Source of the DNA: Botryllus schlosseri | Lineage: Eukaryota | Length of the DNA stretch: 64,000 nucleotides | NCBI GenBank assembly: GCA_051294905.1 | Contig: CM119372.1 | Span: 25,112,001 to 25,176,000, forward strand | Direction of reading: 5' to 3' | Shown here: positions 48,517 through 61,831 of the stretch, one piece after another | Layout: the number at the start of each line of letters is the position of its first letter | Position numbering within the stretch: the first letter of the stretch is position 1 | The notes under the pieces: generated by a model | The model's database searches: none | Told to the model about the DNA's origin: nothing | The model's input: only the letters and a program-made list of their open reading frames with translations | Made by a program: the position numbers and the translations under genes

Positions 48517-50188
48517 CAGGGTTGTAACCAAGTCACATTGTTCCGAGTCACGAGTCAATCTTACTTTTGTGGTTTTGACTCGAGTCAAGTCGAGTCATTT
48601 TCAATTCATCACCGAGTCGAGTCCGAGTCCAAGTCACCGTTTAAAGGCTCAAGTCCGAGTCATAGCGTTATGACTCGAGTCGAGTCCAAGTCACAGTATT
48701 GAAGTCATGTTCAACTAATGTTTTCAATCCTGAATTAGCTTATAGCTTTTAGAGAATCAACGAATTCATTCTACATGCTATCTGATATAGAACCGACGAA
48801 TTCACGTCTAGATACCAGCTGATAGAGAATCAACAGATGCATGTTTATGTAGACGTACATTTTTCTCTCACATTATCAGGTGTTTGACTAAAAAAGGTCA
48901 GCTTTCCTGCTCAGCTCCCGAAATAGCCGCCGGAGCGTTACTAATATGAGAGGAAATTTTGGATTAACTACAAATAGAGATTTTCGAATTTTACCGACCA
49001 CCTCATGATATTGTTATATCGTGTAAAATATGATTCATAGCAAATTTGGCTCAATTCCAACTAGAAAAAGCGAATTTATTAGAGTGGAATATTTTGGATA
49101 TGAAAAAATAGTCGGCTTACTACTAGCATTTAATTATATTATATGAAATAATTTCTCACCAAAAACACTCCCTTAATTTTCAAATAAAAAATTTTCAACT
49201 CTCATATTATTGATTCTACTTTTCAAAATTAAGCCAGATTCAGTGTTCTTTTTATGCAACATAACAATTTTACCAAGTAGCCACCCAGTAAAATTAATAA
49301 GAAGTTATTTTTGAACAACCCTATTGTACAAACATCACACAACATTAGCCATTCATTACTACTCACGTGCACAATGCGCATATACTTAACAAAACGTCAA
49401 ATGGACGGAGTGTATTGTGTGTTTTCACTGACAGCAGATCAAATCAATGATGAGTTACAATTCAAAAATACTAAAGTGGAAAGGAGATCCTCATATATGT
49501 TATAGCGGCATGGCCTTAGAATAAATCCACATCTACTGAAACACGTTCCACTGGTGCACTAGATAAGGAATTGACAAGCATTTTGAACCACATTGAAGAG
49601 CATTGGATACTGATTATTTCTGGTAGACCAATAATGCAAAGAATCATCGCCTTCGAATCTACACATGAGCTTATCAGTCTCTTCCAAGTACTTGACTATC
49701 TGAGTCATTTCATTGCCTCTAATTGAACTTTGCTTCGATTGTTTGCTTGTATAATTGAAAAGCCTCGACTACTTTGATTGCGGAGGATCTATTACCTCTT
49801 CATCACAGGATGATTTTGTACAATGCATTGCTACTATATGTGCCATTGTCTGTTGTTTTTACGGCGGCATATCTGATATCAGACGAGTGCAACGAAAGCA
49901 GTGGCGACAAATAGCGATATCGGCAGAATTCGTCATATGCGTTGATCTAGTCAGTACGAGTCGCAAATTTCTTCATCTTCAAGTCATATAAAATATGCCG
50001 AGTCAATGACTTGGGTCGAGTCATGCGTAATGACTCGAGTACAAGTCGAGTCAATCCAAATATTGACTCGAGTCGAGTCGAGTCATTTTCCCTTTTCAAT
50101 AAAATGACTCGAGTCAAGTCGAGTCACCAAGAATTCGTGACTCGAGTCTGACTCGAGTCGAGTCATGACTCGAATCATTACAACCCTG
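48517..50188 (-). mobile_element. GACTCGAGTC-family hAT element with degenerate transposase C-terminal (dimerization) remnant
   Basis: TIRs cagggttgtaa...ttacaaccctg; near-TSD cctgatt/cctgatat. Minus strand ~49455-49700 reads (with frameshifts) QIVKYLEE...DSLHYW...SSAPVERV(F)SRCGFILRP...LVFLNCN. Confidence 0.8.
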
Positions 50189-50297
50189 CCTGATATAGCC
50201 AACGTATATCGATATGGGATGGTTGGAACCCTCAAAATAGTCGGTTGAACAGCAATAGTACAGATATTTCGTCAAAGGAGCTCTATTTACCCTATAA

Positions 50298-51920
50298 CAG
50301 TGTTGGGATCAAGTCACTACCTTCGAGTCACGAGTCATTTCGAGTCACTGCATATTTTGACTCGAGTCAAGTCAAGTCAATTGATTTTCGAAGGTGACTC
50401 GAGTCAAGTCAAGTCACCCGATCTTTGGAGGTGACTCGAGTCAAGTCGAGTCAAGTCAAGTCAAGTCACGAGTCAAGTCACAATTCAAGTCAAGTTGCCT
50501 TTTCGAAGTGGGGCATGATTAGGTCATTGTATTTGCTAGCTGTCTGAAATACAGATTGAGTGGTCATTGATTCTGAATCGATGAATAAATGTAGAGTTAA
50601 ATATACACTAGGGCTCTTCAAAAATGACTTTTTTTCTCAAATCGTACTGGCTACTTGATAAAATTGTTAGGTTGCCTAATTTAAGCCTACACACAAAATT
50701 TGGTTCAATTCCAGCCAGTAACCGCTTTGCTAAGGAGAAGAAAGTTTCTATTTATTATAAAAAAATAAATAATAAAAAAATTTGAAAATTTTCTGTTCAC
50801 CCCATGAAAGTGTTAGGCTGTCTATAGAAACGATGCTCACCAAATTTGGTTCAATTCCAACCAGTGGAAACGGAGTTATTGCCGTCGAAAAATTTGGATT
50901 TGAATAAAACAGTATTTACGGTTAACACAACTTTAATAAATAAACAAAGAATCGGTCACCGTAAATACTATTTTATTCAAATCCAAATTTTTCGACGGCA
51001 ATAACTCCGCTTCCACTGGTTGGAATTGAACCAAATTTGGTGAGCATCGTTTCTATAGACAGCCTAACACTTTCATGGGGTGAACAGAAATTTCTTTTAT
51101 TATTTATTTTTATATAATAAATAGAAACTTTCTTCACCTGTAGCAAAGCGGTTACTGGCTGGAATTGAACCAAATTTTGTGTGTAGGCTTAAATTAGGTA
51201 ACCTAACAATTTTGTCAAGTAGCCAGTACGATTTGAGAAAAAAGTCATTTTTGAAGAGCCCTAATATACACGCTGTATCGCTCACATATATGTAGATCTG
51301 TTAAACTACGTAAGTAATTGCATAGCCTCAGTTTATAGTTCCCAACAGAATAGAGAAACGAATTGATAAGATGCAATACATTACTCACTTACAAATTGAT
51401 ATGATCCAATTTCAGCCCGTGCCAATGGTTGAGAACTATAGGCTATAAACTATATTCGAATTCAATATAAAAAAAAACAAAAGGTTTGATTAAGGCAAGA
51501 ACAGAAATAGACATTTTGCTGTTGAATTACTTTACTAAATTAGTTTACGACAACGTAAGCTGTAAGTTTCGATCACCTCGTTTGCGGTTAATTTATTTGT
51601 GAGAGAACAATGGAGGCTCATTAAATCATTGAATCATTCAATGATTGCTCAGTGCTCACTCTCACGGTTTACGCTGGAGTTTCGCGAACAATCCGACCAT
51701 ATGCAAGATACAGTGATTTTTATCGACACCGATTACTTGATGACTTGAAATTGACTCGTGAATTTTGCTCCGAGTCACGAGTCAATCCACATTTCTGATA
51801 CCCCGAGTCAAGTCAAGTCAAGTCATTTTAGCAAAGTGACTCGAGTCAAGTCAAGTCATACGAAAAAGGTGACTCGACTCTGACTCGAGTCAAGTCATGA
51901 CTCGAGTCATCCCAACACTG
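50298..51920. mobile_element. hAT-type element with GAGTCAAGTC subterminal arrays
   Basis: TIRs cagtgttgggat...atcccaacactg; perfect TSD ccctataa. Confidence 0.9.
50609..51263. mobile_element. 655-bp foldback (near-perfect palindromic) MITE
   Basis: Arms of ~310 bp (tagggctcttcaaaaatgac... / ...gtcatttttgaagagcccta) around a ~30-bp spacer; perfect TSD atatacac. Confidence 0.93.
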
Positions 51921-54900
51921 CCCTATAATTTCAATTGTCAATGCCAATTCACTATAACGTCAGAACTGAATATTCGTGACGTCATGGCTTAAAAAAACAA
52001 AAAAAAAAAAACAATAAAAAACATGTTTTTAACAAGGGGCTTGATTTAAACGTGTTTGTTTTAAATTGATTTTTGTATTAAATGCAACCCTACGTACATG
52101 GCAATCATAAGCCTACTTGAAACCGATTTTCCAGAGTTGCAAGATTGGTAATCTGGAATTAACATCTGAATTATTTGAAGGCAATGCTTCTCATCATTTC
52201 TTCAGAGGATAAGGTGATAAAGGACGTTCTCCAGTAGAAGCAGCTTTTTAGCCATCAAGAACAGGTTCTCATTGCCTGGTCATAACAAATCTCTTTCACC
52301 AAGTGGGAAAGATTTTATGGGTAACTGGTGACTGCCAACTTGGCAAGATGCATTCTGCTACTAACACAAAATAACTAATACTGCTGGTTATATGAGTGTG
52401 ATCTCTATAGATATATTCCACGACTAGCCTATACCGTCTTGATGTTATGACCGATGCACTGATTAAAATAATAATAAATTATAAATTTTACTAAACAAAG
52501 TTCTAGTAGTAGATAGAACATACTGACTGACTAATGTAATTCATGATTAAATGCTGAAGTTGAAGTGGTAATACAGTCTAAAATGCAATTCACTAAAGCA
52601 GTGAAAATATAAAACAGCTACTCCAATCCAATTTGCCCTAAATTAGATTGCAATGAAACATTTGGACTTGACATTACGTATCATATTTAGTCCACAGGAT
52701 GTATTGCCATCACCTCAATTATCGTTGAATGTTGCAGAATTCGTTATATCGTGGGGCAATATCATTTAGCCTAATGTAATATATCAACAATATACACATC
52801 ACAGACCGTGAATCAAAAATCAGCCCACTAATAATAATGATAATAATAATTTGGGGTTAACTTTTTTAGGCAACAATCATAAATATCTTGAGACCTTAAT
52901 TCGGCTCATGATCCACTATTTGAGAATCCATACTCTGGGCAATAATAACTATCTGATGCCACCCGGCACTAATAAAATAGGGCTCTATTTCAAGAATATA
53001 ACAACATCAAATAAATATATAAATTTTACATTAAATAAAGAAATTCCTATGCTGCTATGAAATTTTTCGAGCAGTAGCAGACAGGTAGCAATAATGGGAT
53101 TTGACTGATGAACTAATCCTTCCCACAATAAGCATATTAAGCAGGCCTCAAGTCTGAAGAGTGCAACCATTGTAAACCTCATAAATGAAAACACAATATC
53201 TCGAATAAGCCTACAAGATGGACATACCACAACCGCATGAATCCAATACCTGAGGGGCTAAAAGTAGTCATCTGGTTTCAGCTGAAACTAAAAGAAACAA
53301 AATCAATGTTTCGTGTATGTTCCATAGTACAGTGCACCGACGTAAAAAAGGTTCCCATCGATTGTATTGGAAGCATATAATCCCATCCAGATTAGTGTGG
53401 TATAGATCTGCATAAATATACATACACACACTGACCTAGAGGGAAAATGCATACACCTTGAATCATGCACAGAAGTGCGATCAATTACTGGAAAACAATC
53501 AATACACCACATGGTACAATCAGAATCAGATTATAACTAGGATCGAGGGAATTCATGTTTCTGCATGAACATCTTTCTACACTGTGCAACGTGGACCAAT
53601 GAATGACATTGGGATTGATATGTTGGTGAATAGGCAGGTACTATTTTGCATAAGAACACAATATAATTACTGTTTTGCAGTAGGCCTATGCAATTGTAGT
53701 AGGAAATTCAAAGAATCCTGACTGGATTAACAGATACCTCGGCATTTGTGAAATTGCCATTGGATTTATATTAGATTTTACTATTGTAAAAGCGATTCAT
53801 CAACTTTGCATCATTAAACTCAGAAATTAATATTCTTGCTTAGGCGTTAAATGAAGAAATGTCGATATCATATAACCAAGTAGCACTTCTTTCCGATGGG
53901 AGGATGAAGGAGCGCCTCCACAAGAGATGTCGGTTGATTGAAATTGTTAAGTTGTCTAAAAAAGGATGCTTAACAATTTTTTCACCCTTCCCACCGGTAG
54001 AAGCGAAGTTATTACAATTGAAAATTTCGGATTAAAAAATATCCCGATTGGTGGGTAATCATTAATTATACTGGGCAACAATTTTGAACGAAAAATTTGT
54101 TGACTTTGATTTTGCACTTGATTTAGGCTAATTTTGGCTGATTCCCAAAATGCCACTGGTTTTCTTCTATCGCGTCAAGTTTTTGATCTACGACATATGC
54201 CCAAAATATGCAAATTTTCACGAATTTAGCCATATTACTTTTCCATACCATTTAAAAATCAACACTTTTACCATATAATAAGTTATATAGCCAAGGGCGC
54301 TCGATTGAATTATTAAGAAAAAAGGTACCGTTATCGATCTAAGCCGATGCTTTCACCCATTTTTGGTTGGAGGATGCAACCATCCGAGGATATTTTACAC
54401 GCATATTTGATGCAAACTGCAGGATATGGCAAGAAAAATAAACATTACATTTACTATCAGCTAGGTCCGATGCGCCATTCAACTTACCCAGTGTAACTTT
54501 AAACTGCTATATGCTCGATAATTTGGATCAAGATGAAGATCTTAGGTATAGCAGGCCTAATGATGAAGATTTTGAAATCGAAGATGATTCAGAACGTAGA
54601 GTAGTCCAATAACTCAAGTTATTGATCTGACATAAGCTTTGGGACTTGGAATAGAAATTTTCGGAACTTTTACCATCCTTACGAAGGGAGAAAAGATTAC
54701 TTGGCAAGGTAGAGAAGGCATCTCACTTTCGATCAGGAGAATCAGCCTTTTCTTCGTCGGCCTACTTTCGGTAGCTTTTTGTATTGCCGTGATACTGGCA
54801 TATTGGCATGATATACCGTCGGCATGGATTACTGGAGAAGTTAGGAATCCCGATTTACATCTCAAGGTAATGGCAAATGCCTATAGGTAGCTCGATAGGA

Positions 54901-55520
54901 TCCTAAAGTGTGGCATTCTCCAAAATGGCAACGTCTTAGGTACAGCAACAATTGCACACTCGGTGAGTCTTCGCGAATAATACAAAATATTGAGAATAAT
55001 GCAGAAACATTGAATTGATGCAATATCACGAGAACGATTGGATCATTGTATCAGCTTTGAAACATTGTGTTTTCTTTGTGGTCAGACAATAAGGATGCAC
55101 AGCACATGCAACCCTGATACACATTCGCCACTGCCATATGTTTATGTCGGACAGCAGACATTAAAAAAAACTAAAATATCTTAATAATTTTCCTGAAAAC
55201 CTTGACATAGTCAGAGATGGGCAAGGAGAAAATGGCGATAAGATACCAGAGTAGATTGGAGCTTGCATATGTTAGCTGACTATTGCTCGAGTATCAAACT
55301 AGGCAACCTGCAGAATTATGGGTTATTAGCGTAAATTTGGACTCTGAAACTCGCACATTATTTGTACTGTAGAAGCAATATCAGTTTAAATCAGTGGTTC
55401 CCAAACAGTGGTGAATTCCCCACTGGTGGGGAATTCAATGGTTTCTGGTGGGGAATAGACGGATTTGTTCAAAATTATATACAGGACAGTCTACATATTC
55501 ATGGAGACATATATGCGCAG

Positions 55521-57186
55521 TAGGGTTGTCCATAATTGGGAAAATCTCAAAAAAGATGCGTATCCATGTCTCATTCTGTAGATTATTGATAAAAAACATC
55601 AATGAACCTGCAATAAGCTCATAGGAAAGTCGTTAACATTTGTCTAAATGCGTTTGAAAGTAGATGCCGTAGAGTGGGCGTGTTAGCGACCATAGAACGG
55701 CGAGAAGACTAGTAATCACGAAATCATGTCTCTTGATTGGTTAATCAGCTATGCTTCAATGGTCACGACCACAGCGGCTTGCTGATTATGTGCTTTTACT
55801 AGTTCAAGAAGTTCACTAACGGCAATGATTCTGTAATCACATTGTACGTTGGTGATTTAATAATAACATGAGACATCTGGTCATTGAATGTTTTAGTGTT
55901 AAAACTAGGTACCGATAGCTTTATTGCAACAATAACCTATTGCATGCATGAAAGAGGCGAAACAGCGAATAATTATGAACTTATAGAAGTAAGTATAGAT
56001 ACCAGAAATAGCCTACATATCTGATAGGCTTGAGATTACACCAAGTGGTCCTGTTTTCTGGGTGCAGGTAAGGTACATTAGACATCGCCAAACTGGTGCA
56101 GCATAACATGTGATATGGATTCTGGACACAATCCTGTATGCTCAGAAGATATGTGGGTCGACCAGGTTGCTTACATTGGATTTCTGAAGAAGAGTGTAAC
56201 CACCACACCAATTCAATACATAATTTTTATGTCCATGTCTGTTATTGATTCAAGCATTAGTCGTGACGCAGCCGGTAATGATCTAAGATTCATTAAGGAC
56301 ATGCTAAGCAATGCAAGCAAACCGTCTTTTTTCTGGTCCTACCAGCATAGTCAGTGCTTATCTTTATACCTCTTTTCGCGGCATCATTGAGGACTTTGAC
56401 AGCACTTGTGGGTATGATTCATTATGCTGCAATAATCTGACGAGTGCCAAGCATAAATAACAGATTCATCCAGCTCTTACAGCATTCAAGACTTCAATTA
56501 TATACCACGACAACAGCCCAATAAGATCAGACAAAGTAGTGTCAATGTCAAGCTTTATATTTGTATTCAATGATGGTACATCCCTCTGAAACTAGAAGTT
56601 CGTTTGCCACTTGCATAAACGCCTTTGCAATATTTTTCCACTTGTTTTTGTGCTTTCCATTAATGACATCAAGGCATACAGGCTACAACGGTTACCTTCA
56701 CAATAAGCCATGTCATGTCATGTCATGTCATGTCATGTCATGTCATGTCATGTCATGTCAATCATGTCATGTATTTAAAGATATTGTGAAGCAGCTGTTC
56801 TTATTTCATCATGTGTTTCGTTGCTCAACATGTTCTGAATTAATCCTTAATCATGATTGGCGGACCAACCGACAATGCGCTCACAGAATCACCGCCGTTA
56901 GCCGATTCCTTGACCAGCTGATCAACAAGCCGCCAATCTCGTGATCATTGAAGCGTAGCAGATTAGCTAATGAAACGCTGTGATTTTGTGATTACAAGTC
57001 TGCTTGCCGTTCTATGGTCGCTGACACGCCCACTCTACGGCAGCTACTTTCAAACGCATTTAGACAAATGTTAACGACTTTCCCGTGAGCTTATTGCAGG
57101 TTCATTGACGTTTCTTAACTATAATCTATAGAATGAGACATGGATACGCATAAATTTTGATATTTTCCAAATCATGGACAACCCTA
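55521..57186. mobile_element. Long-TIR (~230 bp) hAT-type element
   Basis: tagggttgtccat...atggacaacccta; TSD atgcgcag. Contains a (tgtca)n microsatellite at ~56709-56771. Confidence 0.88.
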
Positions 57187-58117
57187 ATGCGCAGTTACCG
57201 TTACCAGTTAACTCAGTGGTTCCCAACCGGTGTGCCGCGGCACACTAGTGTGCCAATTGGACTGCTCAGGTGTGCCGCGAGCAAATGTGGTAAACTATGT
57301 CGAAGTATAACAAAAATCTCAATTTTTATGTGTGTCATTGTTGGTTTTTGTATTGAATTTACCCGATCAAGACACGCGATGCACAATCCGATGCAATGAA
57401 CAGATATAAGGATGCCGAGGCGACCGTAGTTACGGTATCTCAATCTAGTATTTCAAACAGGCATCCCCATTAGGTCATGGATTGAGTCTTTCTCTGGACT
57501 TTTTATTGTAAAGACGCTCTGAGCACAGCAACGTATAGGGGCGGATAATCTAATAAATCTGGAACGCTTTGTTACTTGCTACTGCACTGCCATGAATCAA
57601 ACTGGGGCCTCCACCGTCAATGGGTGTGATATGCTAGTTTGCCCACATAGTAGCATTTAGGACGGTGATAACTAAACTCGGGTAATTGGACCGTGATATT
57701 GAGGTGTGGCCGAAGTGTTCAGCTTTTACTTGTCACCCCCATCACAACCGGAGGCAGAACAGGGACATGACGCAGGTTGATGACCTTTTTATGCTTCTAT
57801 TTGTAGTCGTATTCTTGCCATGTCTTCGTCATCGATGATCACTTTACACCATGCCGATATTACATATTTTGATTCCTGAGAGGCCAACTTATAGCACGGC
57901 CCACTTTTTGTAAGACACTGCTTTTGCAGATCGTAGGACGAGTAGGAGCCTACATAAACCTCCAACACCTATGAAGGCATTCTCACCATCGAGAAATGAA
58001 CTCATTTGAAAGTGATGTTCACCTTTAAAAATTAGAATTGCCAACATAGCCATTCAAATCTCGATTGTTAGGTAGAGTGCCAGCACTGCAGTTAAAATGA
58101 AGGCTCAGTGCGCAATG

Positions 58118-58391
58118 TCAGTCAGTCAGGTTTATTAGTATTTTCATCGTTTCAAAACATCACAAAACTGCGATACAATGAAAAGATAGGAAGGTGTCGA
58201 AACAACTTGGAGTAGCCATTAAGATCAGACACCCACCTTAGCCTAGGCGAAGTAAATAAGAGGCATGCACACTGAATGAAAAGTAATGCAGAGAATATAA
58301 GACCCAAGCGACAAAATGGGGTGGCATGTGGCGGAGGGCGAGGTCGATGTTAGGTCGTGGTCCGGTAATCCTGAAGACTGGCTAGTATTGT
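58118..58391 (-). mobile_element. 3' UTR-only copy of the CR1/L2-group LINE
   Basis: Near-identical reverse complement of 10865-11137, including the (ctga)n tail. Confidence 0.9.
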
Positions 58392-58601
58392 TATGTTATG
58401 TTGCAGGCGACAAATTCGAGAATTGAGAAGTAAAGTTGATCAAATTATATCAGTTACAAATTTCCCCTCCGCTGAGGTTTATTATCCCGATTTGTTGGAA
58501 CTACAATTGAACTGCGGGGGGCTGCCAGTAAGACTATTGAGGTATACTATCCTCACAGGTGCTATTACACTATCTGCGTGGAAATGCGTTTGGCATCCAT
58601 G

Positions 58602-58980
58602 TATATTGTATAATACACCTCAGTATTTGTTAGTGGCGATCGTGATGGACTCTTCGATGCGACGGTTAATTATTACATCGACAATGCGGTAGTGGGCGGA
58701 CTTCATTGTCAAGTCAATCTTATGAAATTAAGCTGAACCTGAAGTTTGAACGATATCTCAGCAGGCCAGTTATGTGGTAACATATATTATATATATATAC
58801 TATATTGTATAATACACCTCAGTATTTGTTAGTGGCGATCGTGATGGACTCTTCGATGCGACGGTTAATTATTACATCGACAATGCGGTAGTGGGCAGAC
58901 TTCATTGTCAAGTCAATCTTATGAAATTAAGCTCAACCTGAAGTTTGAACGATATCTCAGCAGGCCAGTTATGTGGTAAC
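58602..58980 (+). repeat. Tandem duplication of ~180 bp
   Basis: tatattgtataatacacctc...gttatgtggtaac at ~58602-58781 and 58801-58980, separated by a TA-rich spacer. Confidence 0.9.
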
Positions 58981-61636
58981 AGAGGTAATAGCTGATAATT
59001 CAAAACCTCACATGGAAACGGAGAAAGCTCTTCTTCCGGCCTGCAATAAAATTGTAAAAAAATGTTTGGGAAGAATTGAAAACGAGGCCCATGTCAAATG
59101 ATACCATTCGTAGACGTATTTGTGAGATGTCCGCAGAGATAAAAGAAAACTCAAGCAGAGAAACGCCAACTTGAGTGCTCCGAAAAGGTAGCAGTACTTC
59201 GTCAGTGACCACCTCTGTAAAACTATGGTTGCTGCTGTACGCATTCTGGTAGTTGTCTGTGCCGTATAAGCCAAAAGAGTTCGGAACCACTGTGCTAGTG
59301 TGCCGCGAACTATTTTTAATTTCGAAGTGTGCCGCGAGGTCAAAAAGGTTGGGAACCACTGAGTTAACTGCTCGGGAATGTATGTATCGAAAATGATATT
59401 GCGTGTTGTTCACAAAACCTCATTTTCAACTCAGGATGGCCAATGATGGCGTCACAAACGCATCCAGCACGACTAGTTTGACGTGCAACAACGCTTTCAC
59501 GAAATTTTGAGCGTTACTGGTATCGGTTCACAATACGTTTTATATTGCAGTTATAGGCGATTGCCTTGCGTACTGGTGTGGTTGTGTGTCTTGTGTAGTA
59601 CGGTACGGTATTATGTTAAATTTATGCCACTTTTTCACAATCTTTTCGCGATGGGTACGCGATTTAATATTGCTGGATATCTGATTATTGGGTACCCTTA
59701 CCCCAGGAAAATACGTAGAGTTTATAGAAATGGCGACTTCGGCGTCGGCCATTACTGCGCCACGTCGCACCAAGGCATATGAAGTTATAGGCCATGTAAT
59801 TTGCAACTCCGAGAAGTGTGCCAGAACGATCAGCAGCGAGAAGAGCTTGGCCGAGAAGAAATGCCCTTGTGGTGACCCAAAACTTCGATATACATATATG
59901 TTTAATCGGCTAAACGACTGGCGCCGAATGTTCCTGTCCTGGCGATCTGAACCCCACAGGACAAATGCCATCCCGCAGCGAAAATTTTTTTGCCAGTAAA
60001 ACAATGCCAATTTGAAATCGTGTGTGCCTTTTAGTTTTGCCGATTTTCATATCTTTTAACATAGCAGATATAGGCGGTCACGAAATAGCATAATGTAACG
60101 AAGTCAATATACCAACGGGTCCGCTCGAAAATGTTAAATTTTTGTTTAGGGGTCCTATCATTTTCCAACACACCTCACACAGCTCTACAGGTAAATCTGA
60201 TTACGTGAGCAGAGAGGGGGTAAAACATTGATAGCAAAATACATGCAATTCCCGATCATATTGGCCGATTCAAACACGAATTATATAAATTTTTCGCGCT
60301 TCGCGCGTTTAGTCGAAATAAGGCCACGCACTAAACAGTATACCCAATGTAGCTATTAGTTGCAGGGAAGAAGATTACAGGCTCAGCGGGGGTTCTGGGG
60401 GCCCACGACCAACGTTTTTTTGGCGGGGCTGACAAAGTGCTGTTACGGCCCTGGTGGGGAATGAAGGCTCGGAATAAATCTGAAGTGGGGAATGAAGACA
60501 AAAAGGTTGGGAACCGCTGGTTTAAATCAACCAAATAAAGCATTGCAAACGCTTATTTGAAGTCTATTGATTTACTTTCGACGGCTTGTAGATTTTGAAA
60601 CGTTTTATGCAGTGAACACAAAATATTCAAAGAGGTGCCATTATGTGGGTTATGAGACAATGTAGGGGGTGCCTAACCCAAAAACTTGACGTGATAGAGA
60701 AAAACGGAAGTCATTTTTGAATTCACCGCCCAAAAGTTAGTCAAAATCAATTGTCTGATCAAAGTCAACAAAAATTGTGTTGATCAGTGATTGCAAAACT
60801 CACATGACTTCGCATCTACAGGTTGGAATTGTGTCAAATTTGTTTTGCATAATGTTTGTGAACAACTCAACAATTTCGTGAGCTTGACAGTAAAATTTGA
60901 AATTTTTTTATAATAAATTCAAAATTTTCAATATCCTGTGTCTTTACAGCTACCAGCTGGAATCGAGCCAAATTTGGTGTGCAGAGTTTTTTTCACGCAA
61001 CCAAAGAATATAATCAGCGAATCCCCGGAATCCGGAAATTTCGAACAACTCTAATGGTCATTGATCAATTGTACCATCTGCGAAAGCAATTTTTAAAAAG
61101 GAAAAAAAAGATACCAATTTGACTGCTCAAAGACATCGCTAGGATTATATTGTCATTACATTGATGAAATTTTCATTTTCGAGTTTATTATTACGATGCT
61201 GAGTAATAACATTATTATTAATAAATAATAGTATATGCATGTTTACTGGTGATCGCATTTAACAAGTGCCGAGTTCACCGGTAACCTTGAACATAGCAAT
61301 AGTTACACTTTCGAGTATAAAGTAGGAAGTAATGTTTCATCCATCAAATATAGCAGCATGAATTATCACAAAATATTTTGTATATCGATTCATGAAAAGG
61401 CCATTTTGGACATTCTGATATTTGAAACTATTCACAACACTCTCGATAACAGACAGTATTGAATTGATATTGTGCATGGAAAGCGGGATTGAAATTATTG
61501 AATGTTAGCCTGCGCAATGCTAGACTTCATATTGGCTGTCATAAACAACAGATACCGACTGCATAGCAATTAGCGATGAAAGTTCGATAACAATTACAAT
61601 TCCTACATGCTAAAAATATCAAATTACAATGACAAT

Positions 61637-61831
61637 CAATGTTCCCTTTAATTTTTCACGAGTGTGCGCGCACTCCCCAACTCACTGCGCGTTCCCCTGG
61701 ACAACAGTGCGTAACGACTAAAACAAACGGTCATCACTTCGGATTTTTTGTGCGCAGCTTAGATTTTCTGTACGCAGAGATCGTGTCAGCGCTGAGCAAT
61801 TGCGCACGCGCCCAGCTTAGAGGGAACCTTG
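61637..61831. mobile_element. 195-bp hAT-type MITE (copy of 24149-24342)
   Basis: caatgttccct...agggaaccttg; TSD atgacaat. Confidence 0.88.

Larger units (their letters stand above)
48332..52092. mobile_element. Outer hAT-type MITE hosting nested elements
   Basis: Termini tatagttgcattt...aaatgcaacccta. TSD cctatatg/cgtacatg corresponds to the single cctacatg at the paralogous empty site (~43084-43091). Confidence 0.8.
35782..53641. repeat. Head-to-tail tandem segmental duplication (copy 1 35782-44648; copy 2 44658-53641) containing PPAR gene and pseudogene
   Basis: Both copies start tccatgt(c/t)ttgaaaaatcact and end ggtgaataggcaggtac. They are collinear apart from copy-specific TE insertions. 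Junction filler aagtactag at 44649-44657. Confidence 0.92.
57214..59361. mobile_element. Charlie-like hAT MITE with nested LINE tail
   Basis: cagtggttcccaacc...ggttgggaaccactg; TSD agttaact; gtgtgccgcg motifs. Confidence 0.85.
55392..60519. mobile_element. Charlie-like hAT element expanded to 5.1 kb by nested insertions
   Basis: TIRs cagtggttcccaa...ttgggaaccgctg; TSD gtttaaat; gtggggaat subterminal motifs at both ends. Confidence 0.82.

Noticed and set aside
59000..60010. Overlapping 100-156 aa ORFs
   Set aside because: They lie inside non-autonomous TE sequence repeated elsewhere in the window and show no domain motifs.
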